Assembly (NCBI GenBank): GCA_029762535.1
Contig: JARVGK010000017.1
Coordinates: 1 to 50,311 of the forward strand
DNA length: 50,311 nt
Direction of reading: 5' to 3'
From: Thermoplasmatota archaeon
GTDB taxonomy: Archaea; Thermoplasmatota; Penumbrarchaeia; Penumbrarchaeales; Penumbrarchaeaceae
Of this stretch, positions 17,269-28,315 are shown piece by piece. How positions within the stretch are numbered: position 1 is the first letter of the stretch; each line of letters begins with the position of its first letter. The position numbers and the translations under genes are program-made. Below the pieces are notes generated by a model. It worked only from the letters and a program-made list of their open reading frames with translations, searched no databases and was not told the DNA's origin.

Positions 17269-18696
17269 ATGAGGATGGAGATCAGGGACCGCCCCTATGA
17301 CCTGTACGCCATCATGGCACTATCCACTATGCTACTTGCCGTCCTGCTCTTCCTTCCGGGGGTCACGCCCCTGAGGGTGGTAATTGGTCTCCCTTTCATC
17401 CTGTTCTTCCCCGGATACGCCCTCATATGCGCTCTCTACCCTGAACGGCCGCGGATCGTGGATGCCGATATCGACAAAGGATCGGAAGGGGAGATCGTCC
17501 CGTCCATGACCAAGGCCAGGAAGAGGCAGATGAGGCGCGAGAGGAGGGAGGCCAAAGAGGGGGAAGATTACGGGGATGAATTAGAGAAGACCAGGACGAA
17601 GGGCATAGACACCCTGGAGCGATTGGCTCTCTCCCTGGGTCTATCCATCGCCATATCTCCATTGATAGGGCTTGTCCTAAACTACACATACGATTGGGAC
17701 CCGGACCACCTCGGGATCCGCCTGACGACCGTGTTCGCAGGTCTGTACGCCCTCATAATGATCACTTCCATTGTAGCGGTCAGGAGGCGCATGTCGGTCC
17801 CGATAGAGGACAGGTACGGTTTCATCATCGAAATCTCCTTTCCCGAGGGCGAGAGCAGGGTGGACCGCGCGCTCACGGTGGGTATAGTCGTTATGATGCT
17901 GCTTTCCGTAGGTCTTCTGATATACATTATCGTCGTCCCCAGGACTGGCGAGTCCTTCACGGAGTTCTACGTGCTGGGTAGAGGTGGAAAGGCCGATGAT
18001 TACCCCCGTTTCTTCGAGACGAATGAGAAGATGGGGGTGACTCTGGGCATCGGCAACCACGAGCATCGGGACATCAACTACACCCTGACCCTGACGATCT
18101 CCCCTCAGGCCACCGATCTCTCGGTGGAGGACCTTGACAACGTCACTATCAGCCGTACACTGCAACCATCGATGGGGGCAAGGGTTGCCAAAGGCGATAC
18201 GCTTCTTATACCGTGTAATTTCTCAATTAGCGACCCGGGCTCGTACAAGTTGAGGTTCCTTCTATATCTCGATGGGAGGGAATACAGGGACCTCCATCTG
18301 TGGGTAAAGGCCTTCTCACCCGGAACGATATCGAAGGAAGACGGCCAGGTATCGTACTTGGCCGGAGAGGGGGGTGATCCTGCCCTTACAGGGGAGGTCC
18401 GTGATGGATCGACCCTGTTGACGATAGGCATTATGAGCGGCCAGGATGATGCCGCCCTCGCCAACGTCACGTTCAGGATCGGAGATGTATCCTCGTACGT
18501 CGAGGCGGTGAACATGACAGGCACGTTGGGAGCCGACCGAGGTGTGTTCTCGATCCTCCCCGTTGGGAGCTTATCCGTGGCAGAGTCGGAGGTCCGGTTG
18601 TATCTTCCAGATGGAGCTACAGATCTTTTCATATCGATCGATATCAACGGGATCGATCGATCCTTCACGATCGTCCTGAGAGGGGATGGACGATGA
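17269..18696 (+). CDS. DUF1616 domain membrane protein
   Basis: LRVVIGLPFILFFPGYALI.AL.P, ID.LERLALS.GLSIAI.PLIGL.LNYT, ESFTEFYVLG..GKADDYP, GIGNHE...YR.LHLWV; plus an extra C-terminal beta-rich extension. Confidence 0.9.
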   Translation: MRMEIRDRPYDLYAIMALSTMLLAVLLFLPGVTPLRVVIGLPFILFFPGYALICALYPERPRIVDADIDKGSEGEIVPSMTKARKRQMRRERREAKEGEDYGDELEKTRTKGIDTLERLALSLGLSIAISPLIGLVLNYTYDWDPDHLGIRLTTVFAGLYALIMITSIVAVRRRMSVPIEDRYGFIIEISFPEGESRVDRALTVGIVVMMLLSVGLLIYIIVVPRTGESFTEFYVLGRGGKADDYPRFFETNEKMGVTLGIGNHEHRDINYTLTLTISPQATDLSVEDLDNVTISRTLQPSMGARVAKGDTLLIPCNFSISDPGSYKLRFLLYLDGREYRDLHLWVKAFSPGTISKEDGQVSYLAGEGGDPALTGEVRDGSTLLTIGIMSGQDDAALANVTFRIGDVSSYVEAVNMTGTLGADRGVFSILPVGSLSVAESEVRLYLPDGATDLFISIDINGIDRSFTIVLRGDGR

Positions 18697-20105
18697 GGTT
18701 GGAATACACCCCCCTCGGGCGTTTTTTGGGGTTCGTCGTTTTCTTCCTGTTCCTTTACTCTTTCTTGTTCACGAACGTTCTCGTGGCTATCGCAGGGGCA
18801 CTGGTGCTCCTCTTCATGGTGTTCAGCAGGCTTCAGTTCAGGGACGACCTGCAGCACATGGGCCTGGAGGTGAAGAGGGATATCCTTGACAGGATCTCGC
18901 ACAAGGACGCCCCGGTCGCAGTTAGGATGGAGGTCAGAGCGGGGAGGCCCGTCCATATTTCGGTCAGGGATCCCTTGCCAACGGGTTTCGAAAAGGGAGA
19001 GGGCAGCATGAGCGGTGATGGATGGATAGGACCCGAAAGGCCCCTATCCTTCACATATTCCATTGTCCCCAGGGAGAGAGGTGAGACGATCTTCGAACCG
19101 CTCGACATGACGATCACCGGGAGCAGGGGCCTTCTCAGGTCGAAGGAGCGCTTCGATGCAGATACAAGAGTGTACGTCCATCCATCAAAGAGGGAGCTCG
19201 CCATGGCCGCTCTGTTGGGCCGGAGAAAACGACTGGAGATGATGAAGAGATCAAGCTCAAGGCAGGCGAGGACCCAGCGCTCCGATTTCAAGTCCATCAG
19301 GGAGTACATACCCGGCGATCGTTTCAAGGATATCGACTGGAAGGCCGTATCCAGACTCACCAAGCTCATGACACGCGAGTTCGACGTCGAGAGCAACGTC
19401 CCGACGATGATCCTAATTGACGCCTCGATGACCATGAGGGAGCTCGTCGGCAGGTTCACCAAATTGGACCATTCAATAGCGGTGGCGGTACAGATAGCCT
19501 CGGTCCTGACCTCACATGGCAATCCCGTTGGATTGGTCAAGTACGATGAGCACAGCGTTATGGAGCACATATCCCCGGGACAGTTGGAACTGGACGATCT
19601 CTTGATATCGATGTTCAGGATGCCTAACCCGGTGAGGACGGGTGGCTATCCGGGCTATCAATGGGACAGACCCCGGAACCAGGGCGAGGAGGAACTGCCC
19701 TTCATGAGGAGCATTGGACCTTTCCTGGTGGGAAAACGCACAGTGTACGACCCAAAAAGGACGACAGGGATATTCGAGGCGGTTAGATCCATCGGGATGA
19801 GGGACGAGACAGGGATGATGCTCTTGATCATAACCGACCTGGAGACCTCAAGGGAAGCCCTTCTCAGCGCCGCTTCCTTGGCCAAGGCCAGGAATCACAG
19901 GGTGATGATAGCCTCGGCCTTCTCGTGGCAATTTCATCTGTATAAAGGAATTCTGAACGAGAAGGTCCTGGAAAGGATGTATTCGGACAACGTGTCCAGG
20001 CAGGGATTCATATCCAATCTGCGTGATGCGGGTGTGAGGGTCATAGACCTGTCTCCCAGGGAAAGGGGGGACGCGTTGATCAGGGCCATCAGGAGGGCGA
20101 GATGA
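18693..20105 (+). CDS. DUF58 domain (vWA-like) protein
   Basis: DFKSIREYIPGDRFKDIDWKAVSR..KLMTREF, ILIDASMTM; N-terminal TM helices; ATGA overlap with the upstream gene. Confidence 0.92.
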   Translation: MRLEYTPLGRFLGFVVFFLFLYSFLFTNVLVAIAGALVLLFMVFSRLQFRDDLQHMGLEVKRDILDRISHKDAPVAVRMEVRAGRPVHISVRDPLPTGFEKGEGSMSGDGWIGPERPLSFTYSIVPRERGETIFEPLDMTITGSRGLLRSKERFDADTRVYVHPSKRELAMAALLGRRKRLEMMKRSSSRQARTQRSDFKSIREYIPGDRFKDIDWKAVSRLTKLMTREFDVESNVPTMILIDASMTMRELVGRFTKLDHSIAVAVQIASVLTSHGNPVGLVKYDEHSVMEHISPGQLELDDLLISMFRMPNPVRTGGYPGYQWDRPRNQGEEELPFMRSIGPFLVGKRTVYDPKRTTGIFEAVRSIGMRDETGMMLLIITDLETSREALLSAASLAKARNHRVMIASAFSWQFHLYKGILNEKVLERMYSDNVSRQGFISNLRDAGVRVIDLSPRERGDALIRAIRRAR

Positions 20106-20596
20106 TGTTGAGGCATTTAGTGGTACTCTACCTCGCACTCTTCTCCATCCTGATGATCGATCACAACCCCCTGTGGGCGCTCCCCTTGCTGCTCGTTTCC
20201 GGGTCCTTCATATGGAATAACAGATGGCTGGGACTAACGGGTATTGCCCTGTTCCTTACAATAACGGTAGGTAGGCTCCCCGCATTGTACCTATCGGACC
20301 TGCGGGATATGGCCATGCTCGCAGTAACACTTTTGATACCTTCGATCATCGCTATCGAACTGGTGCTGACCAGGAGGCCATACGATCTGAGGGCGCCGGG
20401 TCTAAAGCCATTCGCGATCACCGCGATCCTGGCGGTGATGACAGTGATCGCGCTCGTGGCGATCCCCCGCCTCCTGAGGATCGGCATATACATGGGATCC
20501 GACCCCGGTCTTCAAGTATTCTTCGCGATATCGGCCTCTCTTCTGTTCACGGCCCCCGTACTTCTTTCACGAGGCGGTGTCCGGGAGCGCAGGTAG
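20102..20596 (+). CDS. Hypothetical multi-pass membrane protein
   Basis: Highly hydrophobic 164 aa; ATGA overlap with the DUF58 gene. Confidence 0.75.
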   Translation: MMLRHLVVLYLALFSILMIDHNPLWALPLLLVSGSFIWNNRWLGLTGIALFLTITVGRLPALYLSDLRDMAMLAVTLLIPSIIAIELVLTRRPYDLRAPGLKPFAITAILAVMTVIALVAIPRLLRIGIYMGSDPGLQVFFAISASLLFTAPVLLSRGGVRERR

Positions 20597-20734
20597 GGAA
20601 CTGGGTGTGTTCGCAGGAAATAAAAATGAATAAGTAAGAGAAGGATATTGGTGCTCCCCGATAGCGCGGAGCATGGACATATCCAGCATAAAAAAATGCT
20701 CGGATCCGCGCGGGTCGGAAAAGGGTGAATCTTA

Positions 20735-23700
20735 ATGGCTCGAAGGGCAAGGTCCTCCAGGTCGAAGGACGGCAAGGCAAGCGGCGTTGGCGCGAAGAAG
20801 GAAGCGAAGGCACCAGTTAGCGGATCGCCCTCGACCGACCAGACGACCAAAACCACCAGGGTGCAGGCCGCTCAGGCGCCGAAGACATCGTTCTCGCAGT
20901 GGTTGAACAGCAATCAGGGGACCATCCTCGTCCTCATGGGGATATTCCTCTTGGCAATTCTGGTCAGAGCCCTGTTCTACTACCAGTTCTCGTTCGAGAT
21001 ATGGCCACCGCGAGTGGTGGGCAACGATCCCTCTTACCATCTCAGGGTGATCCAGTTCGTACAGGATGAAGGCCGTCATATAACACTTGACCCTCTCCTC
21101 AACTACCCGCTCAGCGGCGGAAATCCCAGACCTCCTATTTTCGACTGGTCCATAGCCCTCTTGGGCATAGTGCTCTCTCCGTTCTTCGGTTTCCACGTCA
21201 CGAACGCGACATGGTATGCGTTCCAGATCTCCCCGGCCGTCTGGGGAGCGCTGACGATCTTCCCAGCATACCTTCTCGGAAAGGAGATGTTCGGGAAGAA
21301 GGCCGGCATGGTCGGGGCCTTCCTGCTCGCGATCACGGCATCGCATATCGAAAGGTCCACCCTGGGATTCGCAGACCACGATTCGTTCATAGTTTTCTTC
21401 CTTGTGCTCTCCATATACTTCCTGGCCAGGTCCTTCAGCAAACAGGAGGACCGAAACTATATTGAGGACTGGAGGCGGCCGGAATCCGTTATTCTGGGTT
21501 TCAGGAGCTTCTTCTCCAGCAACAAACAGGCGATAGGATACGCGGTTCTATCTGGCATTTGCCTTACGACCATCGCCCTGACCTGGCAGGGCTTCGCCTA
21601 TATTCTGGCCATTCTGCTGATATACTTCCTCATACAGCTGATGATACAGAGGTTCCGAAACGAGGACTCCTTGGGCACTTTCGTCATACTATTCATAGTG
21701 ATGGCAATGGCCCCACTTCTCTCTCTCCCGTATTATTTCGTGTTCTCCATTGCCACATGGAGCCAGGGTTTCTACATCCTTTTGGCCATGGTCTTCATGG
21801 GATTCTTCATCGTTCCCACCAGGGACATGCCGTGGCTCATAGTCATTCCCACCCTCGGCATCGTACTTGCGGTAGCCTATGCGATACTGACCTTGAGCTT
21901 CCCGGCGACCGCTGACATGCTCTTCACCGGAGGCGGCTACTTCGTGAAATCCAAGCTTTATTCGACCATCGCAGAGGCCCAGGCCCCGGACCTGAGCAGG
22001 CTCATATTCACCTACGGTCCCGCCACGTTCTTTTTGGGTCTTATCGGTGTCGTGATGGCCGTTATAAACCTCCCCAAGCATCTGAAGAAGGACTACATCC
22101 TCGTGGTCGTCTGGACAGCCGTGGCGATATTCATGGCGATGCGTGCTGTCAGGTTCACTTTCAACGCCACTCCCGCCTTCACCCTTCTGGCGGGATGGGT
22201 CCTCATCGAGTTGGTCAGGTTCTTCAAGGCCGAAGGGCTCTCCATTGTATATTCGATACTGGCGGTCCTGATCTTCTTCGGAATGATGGGCATCGTGTAT
22301 GAGGGATGGGACGATTTCTTCTCGAGGAACTACCTCGCCCTGACGATACTCCCGATCACCTTGATCTCCGTGGGATATGTGGCCTACATGAAGTATAGGA
22401 AGCACAGGGACAACTACAAGTTCAGAACGGTCCTGGCCGCCCTTTTCGTCGGCTTCCTGGTGGTGTTCCCCAGCGTGTTGTTCGCCGCCGACGCCTCGAT
22501 ACCATACGAGAAGAAGAGGGATTTCGACGAGGAGCTGTCGGTTCTCGGAACGTTCGGATCATCCTTCCACAGTGATTACTGGGCGGATTCCTATGACTGG
22601 ATGGCGAAACAGGACATCATCGTCGATGGTCAGCGCACCCGTCCGGAGGAGCGGCCCGCCTTCATGAGCTGGTGGGACTACGGTTTCGACCAGATAGTGA
22701 TGGGAGAGCATCCGACCGCCGCCGATAATTTCCAGAACGGCTATCAATTCACTGGATCCATGATCGCATCCCCGTCCGAAGAAGAATCGATCGCCCTTAT
22801 GGTCGCAAGGGTCCTTGAGGGGGATTGGGTAAAGAACAAGAGAAAGGGTTTTTCGGACGATGTCTGGGAGACCCTCACGGAGCATCTCGGGGATGACCGC
22901 AACTCGACCATGGGTCCATACGAGCTCGTGAGGATATACAGGAACCCCAGTTCGTACATCAACAAGATAGAGAGGGACCCTTCGCTCTACGGCCGCTACG
23001 AGGACATCACCACTCAGAACGCGCTATATGCGGCTGCGAAGGTCATCTTGATGAAGAACGGCAAGGAAGGGGTTGTGGACCTCTACAAGGACCTGATCGA
23101 TGATACGGGATGGAGCTTGCGGTATTTCGCGGTCGATTACAGGCTGTTCCCGTTCAGCTCTAGCAACACTGGCATATTCTACGCCCCGATAAAGCTCGCG
23201 GACAGGAACATCGATGATTACCTCGAATACAGGGCCTATGCCCAGGAGAATACTCAGGGGAGCAACGACAACCCGATATGGGTCGATTACCCGGACAACC
23301 CCATAACGATGGAGAAGGCCCAGGCGGAGTCCGAGAGGCTGGGATACAAGTTCAGGATAACGAACTACGACATGTTCTACACGGACGCTTTCTACAATTC
23401 CATGTTCTACAGGGCATATATCGGCTACTCCCCGATGGACGTCGGGTCCGGAAACGATGGCAAGACCATACCGGGGTTCGGCATGGGTGGAGTTGGGAAC
23501 CTGCCTCCCATGCAGGCCTGGAACATGACCCATTGGAAGCTCGTTTACAGGACCATGTACTACTCGGAGAAGGACGAGAAGAACGCCACGTTCCCCGACG
23601 ATTACAGGCCGATGGAATCGAACGAGGCCATAGAGATCTACCAGAAGGAGGGCGGCGATCTCAAGTCAGGACTAGGTCAGGGTGTGTTCTACATCAAATA

Positions 23701-26700
23701 CTATCACGGTGCGATCCTTGAGGGGAGGGTCATGACCGAGAGGGGCAGGCCTTCCGCAGGTGTTAGAGTGACCGTACTCGATGATTTCGGGATCCCGCAC
23801 GGCAATGTATTGACCGATGATGAAGGCAGGTATTCCCTGATAGCGCCCCCTGGAGAGATCACCATGGTGGTCTCCGACGGGGATCTGAACAACATGTATG
23901 ATATGGTCTATCAGTTCCAGCTGGACCAGTCCACGAACCAGCCCTCCCTCGGACTCAACGTCACGACCCTCACTATATCCGACGATCTGGCCATGAGAAG
24001 GGTGGATGACGGAAAAATGGAGATGGACTTCATCATACCCGGAAAGACCATGTTTGGAACGGTATACAGGGACCTCGACTCCGATGGGTCCTACAAGGAG
24101 GGCGAGGATTCAGAGGTGACCAGAGGGAACATCACGTTCAGGGCCGCCACAAGCTCGCTCGTGATAGGTCCGGTGGCGATCGATGAGAACGGGGGTTACA
24201 GCATCGAGGATGTCGTGCCGGGGACGTATTCCGTGGAATACTCCGACGGACCTGATGTGATTACCATTCTCAACAACTTCAAGATAGATCCCAAGACCGA
24301 ATCGACCAGGGACCTCAAGATCGAGAATATAATCGTCCGCGGTCAGGTGAATCTGGACGGTTCACCGATCGTGAACATCAGCGTTGTCTTGAAGAAGGGG
24401 GATGAGGTGTTGAACGCAACGATATCCGATCCCTCCGGCAACTTCTCCATGGGGCGGATCCTTCCCGGAACATACCATGTGGTGGTCGACGATCCCAGAT
24501 TCATGCACGATACGGTGAAGCTCTACCTGGACCAGGGAGACGACCGCTTCGTCAACATCACTCTCGATAGAAAGGGGCGTCTCGACCTCAAGGCGTATTC
24601 CACCCTCACTTCCACTTCCATAAAGGATAGGAGGGCCCCCGCGGGCGGTGCCCTGGTGTACATACACGATCACAGCAATGCGAGCATCAGCTGGACGTAC
24701 AGCCTGGACCGCTTCGGAGAGCTGTCGGTTGACCTTCCCATAGGGATGTACGATCTCAGGATCGTCCAGATAGAGCGCGGTCAATACGAGGTCCATATGC
24801 AGGGGCTGCGTATCGAATGGGAGAGAACCAACAAGATCGCGGCGGACCTGGTCAAGGGATACAGGATAAATGGATCCGCAACCAAGCTTGCAGGGACCCC
24901 CTTGAAGGGGGCCTATGTTATGTTCGAGAGGCCAGATGGGGTAAGAGCCTATGCGATGGTGGATCACAGCTCCCGCTACGAGGTCATCGTCCCGCTGTCC
25001 GATTACAAGGTAATAGTCGACAACATGACCAAAACAGGCGGTGTGCATTACTTCCACATGCAGGACCTATCCAAGAACGATATCAGGGGCGCGACGCGTC
25101 TCGATCTCTGGGTGGAACATACAATAGATGTAACTGGTCGTGTCTACTGGGACAAAGATCTCGACGGCGTATTCACCTCTCCGGAGGAAGCCTACGAGAA
25201 GAATTCCTACGAGGGCGGCAAGATCGCATCCGAGGTCGCCATTGCCGGAGTGACCGTCAAATTCGAATACGCCAACGGGACGATAGAGTTCGCGACCGTG
25301 GAGGAAGGGATATACAGGGCCAGGCTGCCATCTGGCGATTACACCATGACCGTCGAATCGGCCGGTTTCGAGACCTTCAGAATGCACGTACCCGTCGATG
25401 ACACGGTAGCGAACCGCAACTTCGGCATCAACGATACGGACGCGCCACTGAGGTCCCAGCCCAGGGACTTCGAGCTGAACCTATCCTATGCGTATCTCGG
25501 ACTGACAGAGGAAAGGTTCGGGAACGTCGGGCCGATCTCCGTTACGCTCGTGGCACAGGAGCTGTACATGGAGGGTCAGGAGTTCATCTTCATAGCCGAT
25601 GAGAACGGCAGGGTCAGGGAGCAGCTATATCCGGCCGAGTACGATGTCATCATCAACTGGGCAAGTGAGATCAACGCTCTGGAGCATCATATTCAGAAAA
25701 GCCATCTGTTCTTCCTCGAGCCGGGGACGCCTCTGTGGAAGGAGGACATAGTCGCGGAAAAGTTCGTAACGCTCAGAGGCAGGGTCAATCTTATCGAGAA
25801 CAATCTGATCAAGAGTCCGGCAGAACTGACGCTGAGCTTCACTCCGGTCGAGGGCGTGGGCCACTCGATCGGCACCGCGATGACGGATTTCAACGGTGAG
25901 TTCGAGGCCTATCTTCCGACCGGAAAGTATGTTATCGAGGCGCACGAGCAGAGGTCCGCAACCCATTTCATGATATTACGAGACATCATGCTGGACGAAT
26001 CGACGACGCCCCTCACTATCTACATGGAGGAGGGATATCCGGTCAAGGGAAGGATAACCAATGCGTTCAACGGCATTCAGGACAGCCAGGTACAGTTCCG
26101 AAAAGGAGATGTCTGGGCCCTGACCGGGGTCATGGAGGACGGCACTTTCGAGCTGTTCGTCCCCCCTTCGGAATACGAGATCCGATACCGCTTCATAACC
26201 TCAGAGAGGATCGCGGGCGAGGATACCGAGACCCACTACATAAAAGACGCGTCCCTCAACGTCGAGGGCCCGGTGTCCGATTTCGAGATGAGCGTTGATA
26301 GACTGTACAAGATCCACGGCACGGTGTATCACGACATCAGCGAGGACCGCACCATTCAGCCGGAGGAGAGGAAGGCGTTCGCCGAATTGACCTTCATATC
26401 CACCTCCGGAGAGTACGAATCGATCAACATCACTGCCGATGCCAACGGGGATTACATTGCGCTGTTGTTCGTGGACGAATACGAGCTGACCGTAAACGTC
26501 ACCGACTACATGCCCATGCCCAGGGATGGCTACGGGATAGTTGACCTCACGCAGGAGCAGGTGCTCTGGGACATTCAGCTGGAGCCCGTTCCGAACAGGA
26601 TATTCGTATCAGTTGTGGATGAGGAAAACTCGCCCGTTATCGGCATGCAGTTCACAATCAGGGACTCCTTGGATGGAAATATTGTCCATACCGGGACCAC

Positions 26701-28297
26701 CGATGAACTCGGCTACCTTGATATGGTGGTGCCTCCCGGTCTTTACAACGTCTTCGGTATGAGATACTCAGGTGGGCAACCTTCTCACGGCTATATGGGC
26801 CGTATAGACCTGGACGTCGCTGAAGGCGTAGAGGGTGAATGGAAAGCGGTCGCGGCGAAACGTCTGTTCGGAACGGTCTTCTACAAGGATACCGACAAAG
26901 TCCTCCACAAAGACCTCACCTCCGGAAAGGATCTCGTCTGGACCCACAAGGAGACAAGGTCCGAGATCGAGGTGCCGTACAACACAGGTACCTATCAGAT
27001 CGATCTGCCTTACGGGACATACGAGGTCGGGGGGTCCATAAACACTCAGGAATACGGGGTCGAGATGGATTATTTCGCGTCCAAGACAGTAAACGTCAAC
27101 TCCGAGATCGATGCAAGGGACCTCGCTATAGAGTTCCAGAAGAACAAGCTCCACACGTTCAGGATAGACCTGGTCAGGGAATGGGAGCATGAACTGCTCC
27201 TGGCCCCCGGATCCACCGTGCAGCTCGAATACTTCATCGAGAGCACGGGTAATGAACCGGTCACGGTCTCCGTCGAGGCCGAGGACAAGCCCGTGGATTG
27301 GATCGTGGAGTTCCCCTACGGCCGGGACGTTCATATCCCTATCGGCGGAAGGGAGCTGCGCAAGATGAACATCACCGTTCCGTCGTTCCCGGATTGGTCC
27401 AACAGCATACTCGTACAGGGCAAGGCCGAGACCGGGTCCACCAACAAGTTCCAGGTAGATGTCACCACCCCGCCGAGCTATGGGTTCTCCCTCGGATTCG
27501 ATAGGCCGCCCAAGGTCGGCATGGGTTTCGGCGATCAGATAATATTCAACCTGAGCGTGGAGAACCTCGGAACGGGTGAGGATATGGTCAATATCAGGAT
27601 GTCGCCTCCGATGGACCGCATAAGCGGTTGGTACATCGAGTGGGAGGGTGAGAACGAATTCCCTGCCCATGGTGCGAACGCCTCGCTCTCTCCGACCGGT
27701 CAGAGGAGGTTCGCTATAACGCTCAGGGCCCCGCCCGAGTCCTTATCCCTGGAAGGGGAATCCCTTACCCTCACATTCACGGGGACAAACAGGGGAGGCG
27801 ATAAGGATCCCGCTAGCATAACCTTCGAGATAAACAGACCCAATCTGGTTTTGCCTCCCGGCTTCATAAAGCTTACGAACAGGAAGCTGGATGACCCCGT
27901 TCTCAACCGGACCATAGAGGCCAATATCACCGTGGGATCCATGCATCGCGCATCATCGGCGGTGAACGTGACATTGTTCATCAACGGGCGCGAGGCCGCA
28001 TACGGCATCATACCTTCAATACCCCAGGACGGATATGCATCGACGAAGCTAAGGTTCAACGTCACCGATCTCAACCTGACGGAGAACGACTATCATTCCA
28101 TTCAGGTCATGGTCGATCCGGAGAACAGGATCAGGGAGTCCAACGAGTACGACAACGTGGCCGGATGGGACAACGTGGTCATAGGCCATATCGAGGAGAA
28201 GACCTACGTGAACTGGAGAATAGTGGTCTTCATCACGTTAATACTCCTGATAGCCGTGGCGATAATCGCATACAAGCAGAGGACCGAACCGATCTGA
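20735..28297 (+). CDS. aglB: Oligosaccharyltransferase AglB/STT3 with very long C-terminal beta-sandwich (carboxypeptidase-regulatory-like, CARDB-like) extension and terminal TM
   Basis: GNDPSYHLR, DPLLNYP, GFADHD, STIAEAQ, RF, MSWWDYG and ADNFQ motifs; multi-TM N-half; repeated G.V....G.P..G..V.......TD..G.Y units; VDPENRIRESNEYDN (CARDB-like); SD GGGTGA. Confidence 0.95.
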   Translation: MARRARSSRSKDGKASGVGAKKEAKAPVSGSPSTDQTTKTTRVQAAQAPKTSFSQWLNSNQGTILVLMGIFLLAILVRALFYYQFSFEIWPPRVVGNDPSYHLRVIQFVQDEGRHITLDPLLNYPLSGGNPRPPIFDWSIALLGIVLSPFFGFHVTNATWYAFQISPAVWGALTIFPAYLLGKEMFGKKAGMVGAFLLAITASHIERSTLGFADHDSFIVFFLVLSIYFLARSFSKQEDRNYIEDWRRPESVILGFRSFFSSNKQAIGYAVLSGICLTTIALTWQGFAYILAILLIYFLIQLMIQRFRNEDSLGTFVILFIVMAMAPLLSLPYYFVFSIATWSQGFYILLAMVFMGFFIVPTRDMPWLIVIPTLGIVLAVAYAILTLSFPATADMLFTGGGYFVKSKLYSTIAEAQAPDLSRLIFTYGPATFFLGLIGVVMAVINLPKHLKKDYILVVVWTAVAIFMAMRAVRFTFNATPAFTLLAGWVLIELVRFFKAEGLSIVYSILAVLIFFGMMGIVYEGWDDFFSRNYLALTILPITLISVGYVAYMKYRKHRDNYKFRTVLAALFVGFLVVFPSVLFAADASIPYEKKRDFDEELSVLGTFGSSFHSDYWADSYDWMAKQDIIVDGQRTRPEERPAFMSWWDYGFDQIVMGEHPTAADNFQNGYQFTGSMIASPSEEESIALMVARVLEGDWVKNKRKGFSDDVWETLTEHLGDDRNSTMGPYELVRIYRNPSSYINKIERDPSLYGRYEDITTQNALYAAAKVILMKNGKEGVVDLYKDLIDDTGWSLRYFAVDYRLFPFSSSNTGIFYAPIKLADRNIDDYLEYRAYAQENTQGSNDNPIWVDYPDNPITMEKAQAESERLGYKFRITNYDMFYTDAFYNSMFYRAYIGYSPMDVGSGNDGKTIPGFGMGGVGNLPPMQAWNMTHWKLVYRTMYYSEKDEKNATFPDDYRPMESNEAIEIYQKEGGDLKSGLGQGVFYIKYYHGAILEGRVMTERGRPSAGVRVTVLDDFGIPHGNVLTDDEGRYSLIAPPGEITMVVSDGDLNNMYDMVYQFQLDQSTNQPSLGLNVTTLTISDDLAMRRVDDGKMEMDFIIPGKTMFGTVYRDLDSDGSYKEGEDSEVTRGNITFRAATSSLVIGPVAIDENGGYSIEDVVPGTYSVEYSDGPDVITILNNFKIDPKTESTRDLKIENIIVRGQVNLDGSPIVNISVVLKKGDEVLNATISDPSGNFSMGRILPGTYHVVVDDPRFMHDTVKLYLDQGDDRFVNITLDRKGRLDLKAYSTLTSTSIKDRRAPAGGALVYIHDHSNASISWTYSLDRFGELSVDLPIGMYDLRIVQIERGQYEVHMQGLRIEWERTNKIAADLVKGYRINGSATKLAGTPLKGAYVMFERPDGVRAYAMVDHSSRYEVIVPLSDYKVIVDNMTKTGGVHYFHMQDLSKNDIRGATRLDLWVEHTIDVTGRVYWDKDLDGVFTSPEEAYEKNSYEGGKIASEVAIAGVTVKFEYANGTIEFATVEEGIYRARLPSGDYTMTVESAGFETFRMHVPVDDTVANRNFGINDTDAPLRSQPRDFELNLSYAYLGLTEERFGNVGPISVTLVAQELYMEGQEFIFIADENGRVREQLYPAEYDVIINWASEINALEHHIQKSHLFFLEPGTPLWKEDIVAEKFVTLRGRVNLIENNLIKSPAELTLSFTPVEGVGHSIGTAMTDFNGEFEAYLPTGKYVIEAHEQRSATHFMILRDIMLDESTTPLTIYMEEGYPVKGRITNAFNGIQDSQVQFRKGDVWALTGVMEDGTFELFVPPSEYEIRYRFITSERIAGEDTETHYIKDASLNVEGPVSDFEMSVDRLYKIHGTVYHDISEDRTIQPEERKAFAELTFISTSGEYESINITADANGDYIALLFVDEYELTVNVTDYMPMPRDGYGIVDLTQEQVLWDIQLEPVPNRIFVSVVDEENSPVIGMQFTIRDSLDGNIVHTGTTDELGYLDMVVPPGLYNVFGMRYSGGQPSHGYMGRIDLDVAEGVEGEWKAVAAKRLFGTVFYKDTDKVLHKDLTSGKDLVWTHKETRSEIEVPYNTGTYQIDLPYGTYEVGGSINTQEYGVEMDYFASKTVNVNSEIDARDLAIEFQKNKLHTFRIDLVREWEHELLLAPGSTVQLEYFIESTGNEPVTVSVEAEDKPVDWIVEFPYGRDVHIPIGGRELRKMNITVPSFPDWSNSILVQGKAETGSTNKFQVDVTTPPSYGFSLGFDRPPKVGMGFGDQIIFNLSVENLGTGEDMVNIRMSPPMDRISGWYIEWEGENEFPAHGANASLSPTGQRRFAITLRAPPESLSLEGESLTLTFTGTNRGGDKDPASITFEINRPNLVLPPGFIKLTNRKLDDPVLNRTIEANITVGSMHRASSAVNVTLFINGREAAYGIIPSIPQDGYASTKLRFNVTDLNLTENDYHSIQVMVDPENRIRESNEYDNVAGWDNVVIGHIEEKTYVNWRIVVFITLILLIAVAIIAYKQRTEPI

Positions 28298-28315
28298 TAA
28301 TGATAAAGGACGGCC

